A stretch of 64,000 bases of DNA from an uncultured Methanospirillum sp. (GTDB lineage: Archaea; Halobacteriota; Methanomicrobia; Methanomicrobiales; Methanospirillaceae), in the NCBI GenBank assembly GCA_964637135.1, contig CAZWTX010000005.1, forward strand, positions 1 to 64,000, given 5' to 3'. Below are positions 19,519 to 30,508 of the stretch, piece by piece. A model generated the notes under the pieces. The model saw only the letters and a program-made list of their open reading frames with translations, was not told the origin of the DNA and ran no database searches. Position numbers and translations under genes: made by a program. The stretch's first letter is position 1, and the number at the start of each line of letters is the position of its first letter.

Positions 19519-21090
19519 TCAGAGGAAGATAAGGAAGCCCATCAGCATCAGACCGGTGATGATGGTCAGGATGATGGCAACCACGGCTGATTTTTTGATG
19601 ACTTCGCCTTCCAGGCCGACATGATCGATAACTGCCGCAGCATTGACGATCTTTGCGGGAGCAATAGCAGAGGAGATACCACCGGCAACGGCATGGGCAG
19701 AATACACCTGGATGAAATCAAGGTTCAGCACATCAGTGGCCTTCTTAAGAATTCCGTGGAACATGACGTTGGAGGAAGCCTCGCTGCCTGATACAAATGC
19801 CCCTATCATGCCCAGGAACGGACTCATCGCCGGGAAGGTCATGCCAAAGGTGAGGGCGAGCGTCAGCCCGATGACGGCATTCATATTGAGATCCTCGGTT
19901 CCGGGAAGGAATCCGAGCGTCGTCCCCATCACCGTCTGGCCTGACCAGTCCATGGTATATGCGATGGCAAAGAAGACCATCGCGGCAAGGGTGGGACTCC
20001 ATGCCCGCCGTACCCAGATTTTCAGGATCTTCTTCGTCTCTCCGGGCTTTTTGATCAGGACCGGGGCTGAGATGATGGTACTTACCATCACCCAGAAGTA
20101 GGCCTGGTTGAGGAGTTTTAAGTCAACCACCTTGTTGGCAACAATCGGGATCTTCTGGAGATCACCAAGCATTGCGTATAATCCACTCTGGATGATGGGA
20201 ATACTGATGACGATGCAGAACATGACAAGCAGGAGCCAGGGAAATGATGCCTTCCAGAGCGGGAGAATCCCGTTCGTATTACCGGCAGAGCGAATGGAAG
20301 TGAGGAGCGGTTTACCCCTGATAAACCGGTACAGGAAGAGTACCACGATGGTAACCAGCCCGGAAAAGACACCGACAAGTCCGACTGCCGATGGCGGGAG
20401 GATGGCAGTGAAGAAAATTGCTGAAAAGCCCAGGGAGAGACCGGAGAGGATAGCTGGTATGAATCCTTCCTTCATTCCTTTCACCCCGTCTGAGATCCAG
20501 AGCATGCCGAAGGCAAACCCGGTCGAAATCACCGGGAGGAAATATGAGATATGCGTAGCGAATGTCTTCAGATCGATGTTAAAGACAGCTGCCGGGAGGG
20601 TTATCGGTACGGCCAGGAGTGAGAACGAGGTGAGCGGATCATACCCGAGACAGGGCAGGGCAACGGCGGCAATCGGGGAGAACCCGAGTGCCAGCATGAT
20701 CGGCGGAAGCATGGTGACCGGTGTTGCCCCGATAGAGACGAGGAATGACCCGAATCCGACATTGAGCAGCATGATCTGCTCGTACCGTTCGGCGGCAATA
20801 CTCCGGATATAATGGGTGATGCTCGTTATAGCACCGGTAATATCCATCATGGTCACCTGCAGGATCGTAAACAATACCATCAGGGATATCCCAAAGGAGG
20901 CGAGGATACCATTGAATGAAGCGTATAGAGCAATCTCGGGTGAGGTGTTAAAGAATGCAACGGCGAGAATCACCGTCAGAATCCACCCGACGATACCCAT
21001 GCGGGTTCCCGACTGGTGGAAGAATACCAGTCCGGCAAATATCACCAGAATCGGGAGAATAGCCAGAAAACAAGACAAATATAGATTCAA
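19519..21090 (-). CDS. lctP: L-lactate permease family transporter
   Basis: Polytopic membrane protein; SPFLGMIGAFVSGSEASSNVMF, IAPAKI. Confidence 0.85.
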   Translation of the reverse strand: MNLYLSCFLAILPILVIFAGLVFFHQSGTRMGIVGWILTVILAVAFFNTSPEIALYASFNGILASFGISLMVLFTILQVTMMDITGAITSITHYIRSIAAERYEQIMLLNVGFGSFLVSIGATPVTMLPPIMLALGFSPIAAVALPCLGYDPLTSFSLLAVPITLPAAVFNIDLKTFATHISYFLPVISTGFAFGMLWISDGVKGMKEGFIPAILSGLSLGFSAIFFTAILPPSAVGLVGVFSGLVTIVVLFLYRFIRGKPLLTSIRSAGNTNGILPLWKASFPWLLLVMFCIVISIPIIQSGLYAMLGDLQKIPIVANKVVDLKLLNQAYFWVMVSTIISAPVLIKKPGETKKILKIWVRRAWSPTLAAMVFFAIAYTMDWSGQTVMGTTLGFLPGTEDLNMNAVIGLTLALTFGMTFPAMSPFLGMIGAFVSGSEASSNVMFHGILKKATDVLNLDFIQVYSAHAVAGGISSAIAPAKIVNAAAVIDHVGLEGEVIKKSAVVAIILTIITGLMLMGFLIFL

Positions 21091-21209
21091 AGATGCACCA
21101 GTAACAAGTTAGTGCCATATCCATATGAGTGTTATTTATTGTCATGGCACAGATTGTCACGATCCAATATAATCCGGGTTGACAAAAAATACGAAATCCT
21201 GAAAAAAGA

Positions 21210-21947
21210 TTATTCCCGGGTCATCCAGTCCCAGACGAGTGCAGCAGAGATGGCACCTGCAAGCGGACCGATGACGTATATCGGGAAGTGTGCCCAGAGG
21301 TTTGATCCGGCAAGAAGCATATCTCCCATATACGGACCAAACGTCCTGGCCGGGTTCAGCGAGGCTCCCGAGATGTTCCCAAGGGTAACGATGACACCGG
21401 CAACGGTCAGCCCGATGACGAGACCGGCAAACCCGGGGGGAGCTTTCCGGTCAACAGCGGCACCCATGATGGCAAGCATGAGGATGAATGTCCCGATTCC
21501 CTCGGCAAGCATGGCCTGCCAGGGGGAAATTCCCGGGAACGGGGCAGTTGCACCGAGCCCTCCGATGGTCACGGCATCCATCCCGGCTGCTGCGGCAAAG
21601 AGGAAACTGCCCGCACATGCCCCCACGAGCTGGGCAACGATGTAGGCACCCATGTCACGTGCCGGAAGCCGTTTCGTCACCCAGAGGGCAATGGTCACTG
21701 CCGGGTTAATGTGGGCGCCCGATATCCGGCCCATCCCATAGATAACCGCGGTGATGGTGAATCCGAATGCAAGACCGATGGCCAGCCAGTCACCGAGTCC
21801 TCCCAGGGCTCCGATACCGATATTAAACGGAGTTTTGGATTCTGTCCCGGTAGCGATCATCAGGGTCACAGCAGCCGACCCGGCCCCGAAGAATACCAGC
21901 AGGAATGTCCCGATGGCTTCTGCCATACAACGTCGGATGAGATCCAT
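21210..21947 (-). CDS. aqpM: MIP family aquaporin (AqpM-like)
   Basis: SGAHINPAVT and SLNPAR NPA motifs. Confidence 0.93.
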   Translation of the reverse strand: MDLIRRCMAEAIGTFLLVFFGAGSAAVTLMIATGTESKTPFNIGIGALGGLGDWLAIGLAFGFTITAVIYGMGRISGAHINPAVTIALWVTKRLPARDMGAYIVAQLVGACAGSFLFAAAAGMDAVTIGGLGATAPFPGISPWQAMLAEGIGTFILMLAIMGAAVDRKAPPGFAGLVIGLTVAGVIVTLGNISGASLNPARTFGPYMGDMLLAGSNLWAHFPIYVIGPLAGAISAALVWDWMTRE

Positions 21948-21949
21948 CC

Positions 21950-22156
21950 TCAGTCACCTTTCAGGGAATGGTAACATTCAGGACAGAGAATCCGGGGAAT
22001 TGATGACTTCTTCTTCATGGGAAAGGGATACCCCCCTTCCCAGATAGCATTCTCCTCCCGAATGGCATGCTCCATACACACCCCCATACCGCATACGATA
22101 CAGATTCCCACTGCATCGGTGGTAATCCCCAGTTTCGCACAGACATAGCATTTCAT
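21950..22156 (-). CDS. DUF2180-like Cys-rich protein
   Basis: MKCYVC...CIVCGMGVCMEH...ILCPEC. Confidence 0.8.
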   Translation of the reverse strand: MKCYVCAKLGITTDAVGICIVCGMGVCMEHAIREENAIWEGGYPFPMKKKSSIPRILCPECYHSLKGD

Positions 22157-22162
22157 GACAGA

Positions 22163-23662
22163 TCAGACCGCGTCCTTGTACTGGCAGTATTCATGCCTGA
22201 AATCAACGCAGGAAGCCGATGCGCAGTTCTTGCATATCCGTGCGGGTGCTGCCGGGATCTCCTTTTTCAGGGCAATGATGTTGGTCATCAGGGTTGCCGT
22301 GATCGGCTCGCTCGTAAGTAGGCAGGGATAATCGGCAAGCCGCATGAGGGCTGACATCCGGACCGTGATTGCACAGGCCGGATAGGCATACCACTGCGGA
22401 TTGTTCAGGATCTCATTCCTGGCAAGTGGAGAGAGATCGACCGGCAGACCGGAGACAGTCGGCCTGAGATCCTTTCCGGACCCGTTTCTGATCTTGCGGG
22501 CCCGGTCGATAATTCCCCAGCCCCGGTAGATCATGTCCATGAAGTCACAGTTATGGAGTTCTGCAGCAGCTCCCCGGGTCGGGTTGAGCTGGACAAAATT
22601 ATGGTACCGTTTCGTGAGCAGATCGACGATCATCAGGGCATTGAATCCGTCCATCTCAAGGATGTACTCGGTTGCCGCTGCACTTGCCCCGGTGGCAAGG
22701 GCGACCACCTGCTCTGGCGTCTTGAACTTGGCAACCGAACCGGTAAGACTCTTTTCAATGACATCAGTGACCGATTCGATGATGGCCATGACCATGTCAT
22801 CCTTGCACATGTTAAACGTGGACTGCGCGATGTGGTGGGCGACATCCCCGACACAGTAGGCCGGGATGGTTACGATATTTGCATAGTGCACCTTGTCGGC
22901 GACTGCTGCTTTCACCACCGGTTCCATGGCCTTGCGGTATTCGGCCATGTATTTCCTGACATCAAAGGAGGTATGTTTGAGACTGTCCATCAGTTCGGCC
23001 TGGGCATCTACCGGATGATTATAGATGGACGCCAGCATGTCGACTTCTTTCTTGGTTGCAATGGCAAGGGTATCGCCTGCTTCAAGTGCATGGGCAAAAA
23101 CATCGCCGATCCCGTAACTCGTGTTCATTCCCCAGGATTTTGCGGCAAGAAGTGCTTTCTTGTGATCCGGCGGTATATCAGTCTTTTTCAGAATCTGATT
23201 GACGACATTTGAGGTACTACCCGGGATCAGGGCAAAGTCTACCACGCAGGTGGGTCCGTAAAAACCGGCATACCGGCGGGCTGACTCCTTCCCGATGATA
23301 TCATCGCTCTTCTTGATCTGCCTGACAAATGCGGCTACCGATTTTTTAAAAGAAGCATCCAGGTCACAAAGGATCTCCAGGACAACCGGAGTCTGGTAAT
23401 GCTCAACAAAGGGATCATCCTCAGGACGGATAGTCTTGGTAAGTTTGCTCAGGATGGTGTAATGGGCCTTGACTGATTCCTTGTGCAGATCGATAACCGC
23501 CTTGCTCTGACCCTTGGCAGCGGTCATCTTGTCAACCGCGGCCATATAGACCTTGGCATCGGTAAGAGAAAAAGAAGTCCCGCGTTTCTTCTTAATCACG
23601 TCAACATCGGCCCGTTGTGCTGACATTGCTTCCCGAATCATCTTCTCATAGATATCTTTCAT
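22163..23662 (-). CDS. DUF2193-like protein
   Basis: EDDPFVEHYQTP, GFYGPTCVVDFALIPGSTSNVVN, C-terminal CKNCA...RHEYC. Confidence 0.8.
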   Translation of the reverse strand: MKDIYEKMIREAMSAQRADVDVIKKKRGTSFSLTDAKVYMAAVDKMTAAKGQSKAVIDLHKESVKAHYTILSKLTKTIRPEDDPFVEHYQTPVVLEILCDLDASFKKSVAAFVRQIKKSDDIIGKESARRYAGFYGPTCVVDFALIPGSTSNVVNQILKKTDIPPDHKKALLAAKSWGMNTSYGIGDVFAHALEAGDTLAIATKKEVDMLASIYNHPVDAQAELMDSLKHTSFDVRKYMAEYRKAMEPVVKAAVADKVHYANIVTIPAYCVGDVAHHIAQSTFNMCKDDMVMAIIESVTDVIEKSLTGSVAKFKTPEQVVALATGASAAATEYILEMDGFNALMIVDLLTKRYHNFVQLNPTRGAAAELHNCDFMDMIYRGWGIIDRARKIRNGSGKDLRPTVSGLPVDLSPLARNEILNNPQWYAYPACAITVRMSALMRLADYPCLLTSEPITATLMTNIIALKKEIPAAPARICKNCASASCVDFRHEYCQYKDAV

Positions 23663-23921
23663 TTTTTTCAGCCTCGTGTACATCCTTTGCCGGGCATTCC
23701 GGCAGCGAGAATACTCATCGAAACAGGAGCAGTTCACCAGGATCCGGCGACGGGGATCTGAACCATGAAGGGATCCTTGTTCCTGATAATTCTCCTGATA
23801 GTGGCATATTATTCGACAATATTCATAAGGGTTCTAGTTCTTTCCGACCGAATGCACGGTATCAAAAGAGCGGCCATCTTCGTACGGAACACTATCAGGG
23901 TATACCACCAATCAGTACGTG

Positions 23922-25229
23922 ATGACTGTTTCTGAACCGGTTCTCCTCGTCAGTTCTCTCCATGACCCGGCAGGCTCCCTCATCCATGAAGAGATAGATC
24001 GCCTGTTGTTGGAAAAGCCCGATCTGACCGGCCGGTTCATCCACCACCGGGTGGATAAACGACTTATTTACCTTGAAAATGATGACCTGCCATATACCGC
24101 ATCCTGTATCCTCTTTCTTTCCCGGCATTCGAGCCGGGAGCACCGTCCGGTACTGACCGTTCATGTGAGCGGAAATTATGGCACGGCAGAACTGGGAGGT
24201 GATCCTGGCACCCTGACACCGGCAGCCGTGCCCATGATGCATGCCATCCTTATCCTGATGAGCCGGTATGCCCCGGACGGGTATGAAGTCACATATGAAG
24301 TCACCCATCACGGACCGACCGGCCTCACGCTCCCCTCCTGTTTCGTCGAACTGGGGAGCAGTGAACAGGAATGGCATGACCGGAATGCCGCAGCAGCCGT
24401 GGCACGGGCGGTCATCGGTGCTGTTCCGGCTGATGTCATCAGACTTGCCGGTTTCGGCGGTACTCATTATGCACAGCGTCAGACCGAAATCACCCTGACC
24501 ACCAGGGGAGGATTCGGCCATATCATGCCCACGAGAGATTTCAGTTCCCTGACTCCCGGCCGGTTTGTGGACATGATCCGGATGAACATGGCTCAGGGTA
24601 TCTATATCGATCGCAAAGCACTGAACAAAGACCAGATAACACGGGTAAATACTCTTGCAGAAGAGAATGGTATCCCGGTTCTCGGCATGGGAGATCTCAC
24701 CGTTCTGAACCGGATGGATCTCTCACAGTACCTGGATATACGGACCCTGGCTGAAAAGCATGCACCTGGATCGACCATCACGGTACATCAACCACCTGCC
24801 GGAACAGATTTGGATATCATCACGATTCCTGCCGACCTCCTGGAAGAAACAATAAAAGCGAACCAGGAGGAATTCTTTGAAGGAGTGCACCGGATGGAGA
24901 TTGTCAGCCTTGCCGGGGGAGGACAAGCCTGCCTGCCGGTCTTCATCACCGATCAGTCAAATGCTCTCGCAATATCGGATGATTTAATACGTCTCTGTGT
25001 TTCAATCTTAATTAGGAATCATACATGCAGGATGGATGGGAATACCCTTCTTATCTCAAAGAACCGGTTTGATCCCGATAAGGCCCGATCCTTTGGTATC
25101 TCACCCGGACCTCTCTATGGAGAACTGATGGCGGGAAGAGAGATTGTGGTTGACGGGAAGGTGATCAGACCGGACATGGTGATGACACCGGCAGAGAAGA
25201 GCATTCAGATTCCAAGATGGGGCAGATGA
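23922..25229 (+). CDS. dtdA: archaeal D-aminoacyl-tRNA deacylase (DTD2) with C-terminal extension
   Basis: [32 protein letters not shown]. Confidence 0.9.
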   Translation: MTVSEPVLLVSSLHDPAGSLIHEEIDRLLLEKPDLTGRFIHHRVDKRLIYLENDDLPYTASCILFLSRHSSREHRPVLTVHVSGNYGTAELGGDPGTLTPAAVPMMHAILILMSRYAPDGYEVTYEVTHHGPTGLTLPSCFVELGSSEQEWHDRNAAAAVARAVIGAVPADVIRLAGFGGTHYAQRQTEITLTTRGGFGHIMPTRDFSSLTPGRFVDMIRMNMAQGIYIDRKALNKDQITRVNTLAEENGIPVLGMGDLTVLNRMDLSQYLDIRTLAEKHAPGSTITVHQPPAGTDLDIITIPADLLEETIKANQEEFFEGVHRMEIVSLAGGGQACLPVFITDQSNALAISDDLIRLCVSILIRNHTCRMDGNTLLISKNRFDPDKARSFGISPGPLYGELMAGREIVVDGKVIRPDMVMTPAEKSIQIPRWGR

Positions 25230-26317
25230 TGAGATCGATCGTAGAAGAGGCATTAAGCAGGGCTAAAACGGAGTCAGACCAGCCGCAGAACAACAGCGAT
25301 CTTGATGCAGTGCTCAGAGGCATGATGACCAAGATCGCGGTCATCGGCTGCGGAGGGGCAGGATCAAACACCGTATCCCGGATGAAAGATGAAGGGATTG
25401 CAGGAACGACCCTCTATGCGATCAACACCGATGCAATGCACCTGGCGACGGTCAGGTCTGATCATCGCATCCTCATCGGAAGACAACGGACCCGTGGGCT
25501 TGGGGCAGGATCGTACCCGCAGGTCGGCGAGGAAGCTGCCCTTGAGAGCGAACATGACATCAGAAGGGCAGTTGAGGATTCTGATATGGTGTTTGTCACC
25601 TGCGGTCTTGGCGGGGGGACCGGGACCGGGTGTGCACCGGTAGTCGCTAAAACAGCAAAGGAAGATGGTGCCCTGACTATCGCGGTAGTTACCCTCCCGT
25701 TCACTGCCGAAGGGGCCATACGGATGGAGAATGCAGAGGCAGGTCTTGAACGCCTCAGGGACGTGACCGATACCGTCATCGTCGTCCCGAATGACCGGCT
25801 CATGGAGGTTGTACCCAAACTCCCCCTGTCAGCGGCGTTCAAGGTTGCCGATGAAGTGCTCATGCGGGCAGTGAAGGGCATCACCGAACTGATTACAGTT
25901 CCGGGTCTCGTGAACCTGGATTTTGCCGATGTCAGGGCTGTCATGGAGAAAGGCGGAGTCGCCATGATCGGGATGGGCGAGAGCGACGCCCAGGACAAGG
26001 CGGCTGACTCGGTGAGAAAGGCAATCCGCTCTCCGCTCCTTGACATCGATATCTCCGGCGCCACTGCAGCACTCGTGAACGTTACCGGCGGCCCGGACAT
26101 GACCATGGCCGAGGCAGAAGGTGTCGTCGAAGAGGTGTACAACCTGATAGACCCGGATGCACGGATAATCTGGGGTGCACAAATCGATCCGACCATGCAG
26201 AACAGCATCCGGACTCTCCTCATCCTGACCGGGGTCCGGTCGCCACAAATATATGGTAGAAATGAAAGAAATAACCCGAAATTGCAGAAACATTTCGAGA
26301 TAGATTTTCTGAAGTGA
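25226..26317 (+). CDS. ftsZ: cell division protein FtsZ
   Basis: [23 protein letters not shown]. Confidence 0.97.
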   Translation: MMRSIVEEALSRAKTESDQPQNNSDLDAVLRGMMTKIAVIGCGGAGSNTVSRMKDEGIAGTTLYAINTDAMHLATVRSDHRILIGRQRTRGLGAGSYPQVGEEAALESEHDIRRAVEDSDMVFVTCGLGGGTGTGCAPVVAKTAKEDGALTIAVVTLPFTAEGAIRMENAEAGLERLRDVTDTVIVVPNDRLMEVVPKLPLSAAFKVADEVLMRAVKGITELITVPGLVNLDFADVRAVMEKGGVAMIGMGESDAQDKAADSVRKAIRSPLLDIDISGATAALVNVTGGPDMTMAEAEGVVEEVYNLIDPDARIIWGAQIDPTMQNSIRTLLILTGVRSPQIYGRNERNNPKLQKHFEIDFLK

Positions 26318-26323
26318 TACGAT

Positions 26324-26515
26324 ATGGAAGTCCCAAAACTGAATTTTAACCTGACTGAAGAACTTTTTCGCAAATACATCCGTGTTCTCAAGCTTGCCCG
26401 GTTCCCCAAGCGCGATGAATTCACCAAGATTGCCCTTGTGGCAGCCGCCGGTGTTGTACTGATTGGGATTATCGGGTTTGCCATTTACGAGATATTCGAA
26501 CTCCTCCCACAATGA
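26324..26515 (+). CDS. secE: protein translocase SecE/Sec61-gamma
   Basis: RVLKLARFP..DEF plus TM helix; synteny. Confidence 0.93.
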   Translation: MEVPKLNFNLTEELFRKYIRVLKLARFPKRDEFTKIALVAAAGVVLIGIIGFAIYEIFELLPQ

Positions 26516-27003
26516 TGTCCATGGAGACTGAACCCTGTCTCACCCGTGTCTACGCGATAAAAACGACAAACCGAGCAGAACGTTCCGTTGCCGACAATAT
26601 CGAGAAAGCGGTTCGTGATTCACACAATGATATCCGGGTAATGGCTATCATTGCCCCCGATGAACTGAAGGGTTATGTCCTCGTGGAGAGTGATGAACCG
26701 CTTGCCCGGATACAGGAACTGATAGAGCACGTTCCCAGTGCGCGCATCGTGCTTCCCGGGGCAACTTCCCTGGAAGAGGTCGGGCATTACCTCACACCGA
26801 AACCGGCTGTCAGTGGTATTGATGAGGGGACGATCGTAGAGCTTATCGCCGGACCGTTCAAGGGAGAGAAAGCGGTAGTGAAACGCGTCGATTCATCGAA
26901 AGAAGAAATTACGGTCGAATTATATGAAAGCGTCCTGCCGATTCCAATCACCGTCAGGGGAGATCATGTCCGGATTATCGACCGCGGCGAGTCAGACGAC
27001 TGA
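26512..27003 (+). CDS. spt5: transcription elongation factor Spt5
   Basis: KGYVLVE; KOW motif GPFKGEKA. Confidence 0.95.
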   Translation: MMSMETEPCLTRVYAIKTTNRAERSVADNIEKAVRDSHNDIRVMAIIAPDELKGYVLVESDEPLARIQELIEHVPSARIVLPGATSLEEVGHYLTPKPAVSGIDEGTIVELIAGPFKGEKAVVKRVDSSKEEITVELYESVLPIPITVRGDHVRIIDRGESDD

Positions 27004-27104
27004 TCCCTGTCAGGATTAGTCCCACGCATAGCTTTTTTATCCTACCCCTTCGACCTTTATGAACCCAGGCAGAGCATATTTGCTGCTGCTCAAGGGTGAT
27101 AACA

Positions 27105-27581
27105 ATGGCAGAAGTTGTCGAGGTACTCGTACCCGGCGGTAAGGCCACCGCAGGTCCGCCACTCGGACCGGCGCTGGGTCCCCTCGGTATCAATGTCAAA
27201 GCTGTTGTTGACGAGATTAACAAGAAGACTGCATCCTTTAACGGAATGCAGGTTCCTGTCCGTGTTGAGGTGGACGAGAAGAAAGCCTTCACCATCTCAG
27301 TCGGTATTCCGCCAACAACTGCCCTCATCATGAAAGAGGCTGGCATTGAGAAGGGTTCGGGAGAACCGAACACCTCCACCGTTGGAAACTTGCCGCTCGA
27401 GGCCGCTGTCACGATTGCCAAGATGAAACTGGATGATATGCTTTCGTATGACCTCAAGAACGCAGTGAAAGAGGTCGTCGGAACCTGCGTCAGCGTAGGT
27501 GTCACCGTTTCTGGCAAAAGCCCCAAAGACATGATCGCAGAGATCAATGCGGGCACTCATGACGCGGTCCTCATGGGATAG
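27105..27581 (+). CDS. rpl11: 50S ribosomal protein L11
   Basis: [16 protein letters not shown]. Confidence 0.97.
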   Translation: MAEVVEVLVPGGKATAGPPLGPALGPLGINVKAVVDEINKKTASFNGMQVPVRVEVDEKKAFTISVGIPPTTALIMKEAGIEKGSGEPNTSTVGNLPLEAAVTIAKMKLDDMLSYDLKNAVKEVVGTCVSVGVTVSGKSPKDMIAEINAGTHDAVLMG

Positions 27582-27593
27582 AATCGATAGTAG

Positions 27594-27633
27594 CCATAGA
27601 AGATCGTGAATCCTCACGGTCGTTTCACTATGG
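27594..27633 (+). promoter_or_regulatory. putative L1-binding autoregulatory hairpin overlapping the rpl1 SD
   Basis: CCATAG/CTATGG and GATCGTGA/TCACGGTC helices around an asymmetric loop (AA / GTTTCA); the 3' arm includes the start of GGAGG. Confidence 0.65.
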
Positions 27634-27642
27634 AGGAATTAC

Positions 27643-28287
27643 ATGGTTGAGAAAAACGTCATTCTCGACGCTATAAAACAGGCAAAAGAGAAGGCGCCTG
27701 AACGGAAATTCACTGAGAGTGTCGATATCACTATCAATCTGAAGAATATCGATATGTCCCAGCCGAAGAACCGTATTGATGAGACGATTCTTCTCCCACA
27801 CGGTAATGGCAGGGTTGCCAAAATTGCCGTACTTGGAACCGGTGACATGATCACCCAGGCCAAGGATGCAAAGGCAGACCTGATCATAGGACCGGATGAG
27901 ATTGAACGGCTCGGGGGTGTTCCTCGTGAAGCCAGGAAGGTAGCTGCCACGTACCAGTTCTTCCTTGCCGACACGAAGGTGATGTCCCTCGTAGGTCGCT
28001 GGCTCGGTCCCCGGCTTGGTCCGAGAGGTAAAATGCCACAGCCAATCCCGGTAGGAATGGACATTCGTCCGCTTATCGAACGGCTTCGCAGCTCGGTCAA
28101 GGTCAGGACCAAGGACAAGATGAACTTCTCCCTTAAGGTTGGAGCAACATCCATGTCTGATGAACAGATTGCTGAAAATATCGATGCCATCCTGAAACGT
28201 ATTCACGACAAACTTGAGATGGGCGACATGCAGATTCGCTCCGTCTATGTCAAGACGACCATGGGACCGGCTGTAAAGGTGATGTAA
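27643..28287 (+). CDS. rpl1: 50S ribosomal protein L1
   Basis: RKFTESVD, LGPRGKMP, KTTMGP. Confidence 0.97.
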   Translation: MVEKNVILDAIKQAKEKAPERKFTESVDITINLKNIDMSQPKNRIDETILLPHGNGRVAKIAVLGTGDMITQAKDAKADLIIGPDEIERLGGVPREARKVAATYQFFLADTKVMSLVGRWLGPRLGPRGKMPQPIPVGMDIRPLIERLRSSVKVRTKDKMNFSLKVGATSMSDEQIAENIDAILKRIHDKLEMGDMQIRSVYVKTTMGPAVKVM

Positions 28288-28288
28288 T

Positions 28289-29137
28289 ATGGCATTGTAC
28301 ACCCACCACCTGCCCCAGTGGAAGAAGGATGAGATCTCTGAGATCAAACATCTCATTCAGCAGTTCAAGCTCACCGGACTTGTCGATATGTACGGTATCC
28401 CTGCCCAGCAGGTGCAGGATATCAGGCGCAACCTGAAAGGGAAGGCCGAACTCAAGATGGTCAGAAACACGCTCATCGAACACGCGTTCGGTGAAGCGGA
28501 AGGCGGGGTCAGGGACCTTACGTCGCATCTTGAGGGGCACGCCGCGCTCATCTTCACCAATGAGAATCCATTCAAGCTCTACAGTATGCTTGAGCGGACC
28601 AAGACGAAGATGGCAGCACGTCCCGGTGAAAAAGCACCGGAAGACATCGTTGTGCCCAAGGGTCCGACCTCATTCAAGCCAGGTCCGATTGTAGGAGAAC
28701 TCCAGCAGGCCGGCATTCCCGCCGCCATTGAAGCCGGGAAGGTCACCATCCGCGAAACAAAAACGGTGGTAAAGGCAGGCCAGGAGATCAGCAAGAAACT
28801 CGCTGATGCACTCGCCAAGCTTGACGTCAAGCCGATGGATGTCGGTCTGATGCTCCAGGCAGCATTCTATGAAGGCAGTGTATACGAATCCGATGTGCTC
28901 GCCATAGACGAGACTGCATTCTACAACAATATCATCGCCGCTGCCACGGAAGCATTCAACCTTTCGGTGAATGCATGCGTGCCAACGAAGGACACCGCCG
29001 CTGCCATCATCACGAAGGCAGTCCGCGAAGCCCGCGGTGTTGCTGTTGAATCAGCCATCGAGAGCAGCGATGTGATCGATGCGGTCATCGGGAAAGCCGA
29101 GAGACAGGCACGGTCCCTCCAGTCAGTAGTCGGATAA
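28289..29137 (+). CDS. rplP0: 50S ribosomal protein L10/P0
   Basis: [20 protein letters not shown]. Confidence 0.96.
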   Translation: MALYTHHLPQWKKDEISEIKHLIQQFKLTGLVDMYGIPAQQVQDIRRNLKGKAELKMVRNTLIEHAFGEAEGGVRDLTSHLEGHAALIFTNENPFKLYSMLERTKTKMAARPGEKAPEDIVVPKGPTSFKPGPIVGELQQAGIPAAIEAGKVTIRETKTVVKAGQEISKKLADALAKLDVKPMDVGLMLQAAFYEGSVYESDVLAIDETAFYNNIIAAATEAFNLSVNACVPTKDTAAAIITKAVREARGVAVESAIESSDVIDAVIGKAERQARSLQSVVG

Positions 29138-29180
29138 ATCGAGTCAGAAAACGTCTATCAAACAAAAACAGGTGAAAAAC

Positions 29181-29495
29181 ATGCAGTATATTTACGCAGC
29201 ACTTCTCCTGCACAAGGCAGGAAAACAGATCACTGAGTCCTCAGTTCAGGCAGTCCTCTCTGCCGCCGGTATCGAAGTTAACGACGCACGTATCAAGGCC
29301 CTTGTTGCCGCCCTTGACGGTGTGGATATTGAAGACGCCATCAGCAAGGCAGCAGCTGCCCCGGTCGCAGTTGCAGCCGCTCCGGCCGCAGCAGGTGCCG
29401 CACCAGCAGCCGCAGCAGCTCCAGCAGAAGCACCAAAGGATGAGAAAAAGGAAGAAGAGAGCGGAATGGCAGGGCTCGGAGCCCTCTTCGGCTAA
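29181..29495 (+). CDS. rpl12: 50S ribosomal protein L12/P1
   Basis: [11 protein letters not shown], Ala-rich hinge, GLGALFG. Confidence 0.97.
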   Translation: MQYIYAALLLHKAGKQITESSVQAVLSAAGIEVNDARIKALVAALDGVDIEDAISKAAAAPVAVAAAPAAAGAAPAAAAAPAEAPKDEKKEEESGMAGLGALFG

Positions 29496-29634
29496 ACTCT
29501 CCTCTTTTCTGATGCAATCCGTATACTAACCGCTCTTTTCTCAGTTCACGGATCAGGATTTAATTTTCCGTCTCCGTGGTCATCATATACCAGCCATCCA
29601 ATACGATAGCCAGGCTATACACACATATCATGGT

Positions 29635-30426
29635 TCAGCCCGAGCCAGCTTGTTCAGGCTGGATACGAAACCGGCAGTGATCGAACCCTGACGAATAGCA
29701 TTCCTCCTCGGAGACGATCACCGGAACCCCGAGATGCTTCCGGAAGATCTTCATCAGAACGCCGGTATCAAAGGCACAGGCACCATGACCGGTGACCGGG
29801 AGATCCTTACATTCAAAACATCCCTCGACCTGGATAACCACCGGATCAGATTGAACAAGCCGGATACTCCCAAGACCGTTCAATTCCCAGAACCGGTTCA
29901 TCTCTGCAACGAGATCCTCCGTCGATCCGGCAGTCAGGACAGATGAAAGGATTTCTCCAACCTTCATTCCTGTCCGGAAAAATACCGGGTCAACATTTAT
30001 CCCGAGATGCATCGCCTCTGAGCGGAAGATGCTGAGCATATACCTGAAGAATGCCACCGGATCACCCTTCCCGAATTCGGGGATAACCTCTCCGGGAATC
30101 ATCCGATCCGGTGCATCCCGATCCGTGTTCGTGAGCCGTCCGATGGATTCAGATCTGAGTGAGATGATCCGCTTCCGCATATCATTCGGATCCGGCACTG
30201 AACTGACAAGTCCTGCCTGTTCAAGATCCTGGATATGCACGGATACCGTTGACTTGGCTTTCCCGGTGCGGGTGACTATCTCATCAAAATACTGATCACG
30301 GATCGCAAGAAGATCGAGGATCTGAGATTTCACCGGGCTGTCAACAGCCATGATATCTGTTTTTGTTGAAAAAAGATGAACATCTGTCTTCGGTAATAAC
30401 AGATCGGAACCGTCCTTTCCAGTCAC
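29635..30426 (-). CDS. ArsR-HTH + V4R transcriptional regulator (MsvR-like)
   Basis: KAKSTVSVHIQDL HTH; V4R Cys motifs CFEC, CAFD, EEECY...C; divergent from fprA. Confidence 0.85.
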   Translation of the reverse strand: MTGKDGSDLLLPKTDVHLFSTKTDIMAVDSPVKSQILDLLAIRDQYFDEIVTRTGKAKSTVSVHIQDLEQAGLVSSVPDPNDMRKRIISLRSESIGRLTNTDRDAPDRMIPGEVIPEFGKGDPVAFFRYMLSIFRSEAMHLGINVDPVFFRTGMKVGEILSSVLTAGSTEDLVAEMNRFWELNGLGSIRLVQSDPVVIQVEGCFECKDLPVTGHGACAFDTGVLMKIFRKHLGVPVIVSEEECYSSGFDHCRFRIQPEQAGSG

Positions 30427-30461
30427 ATAATACAGAAGGATCAGAATCTTGATAAATATTG

Positions 30462-30495
30462 TTCGCCAATAGGTGAATGTTCTATACTATACGAA
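30462..30495. promoter_or_regulatory. two MsvR-type boxes (TTCG-N8-TGAA; TTCT-N8-CGAA)
   Basis: 30462-30477 and 30480-30495, just downstream of the TATA-like GATAAATA. Confidence 0.6.
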
Positions 30496-30508
30496 CGATG
30501 TGAAACAC

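Noticed and set aside
25462..26484. 340-aa antisense ORF, and many similar shadow ORFs in the GC-richer region
   Set aside because: Mirror frames of well-supported genes (here ftsZ/secE), with no motifs of their own
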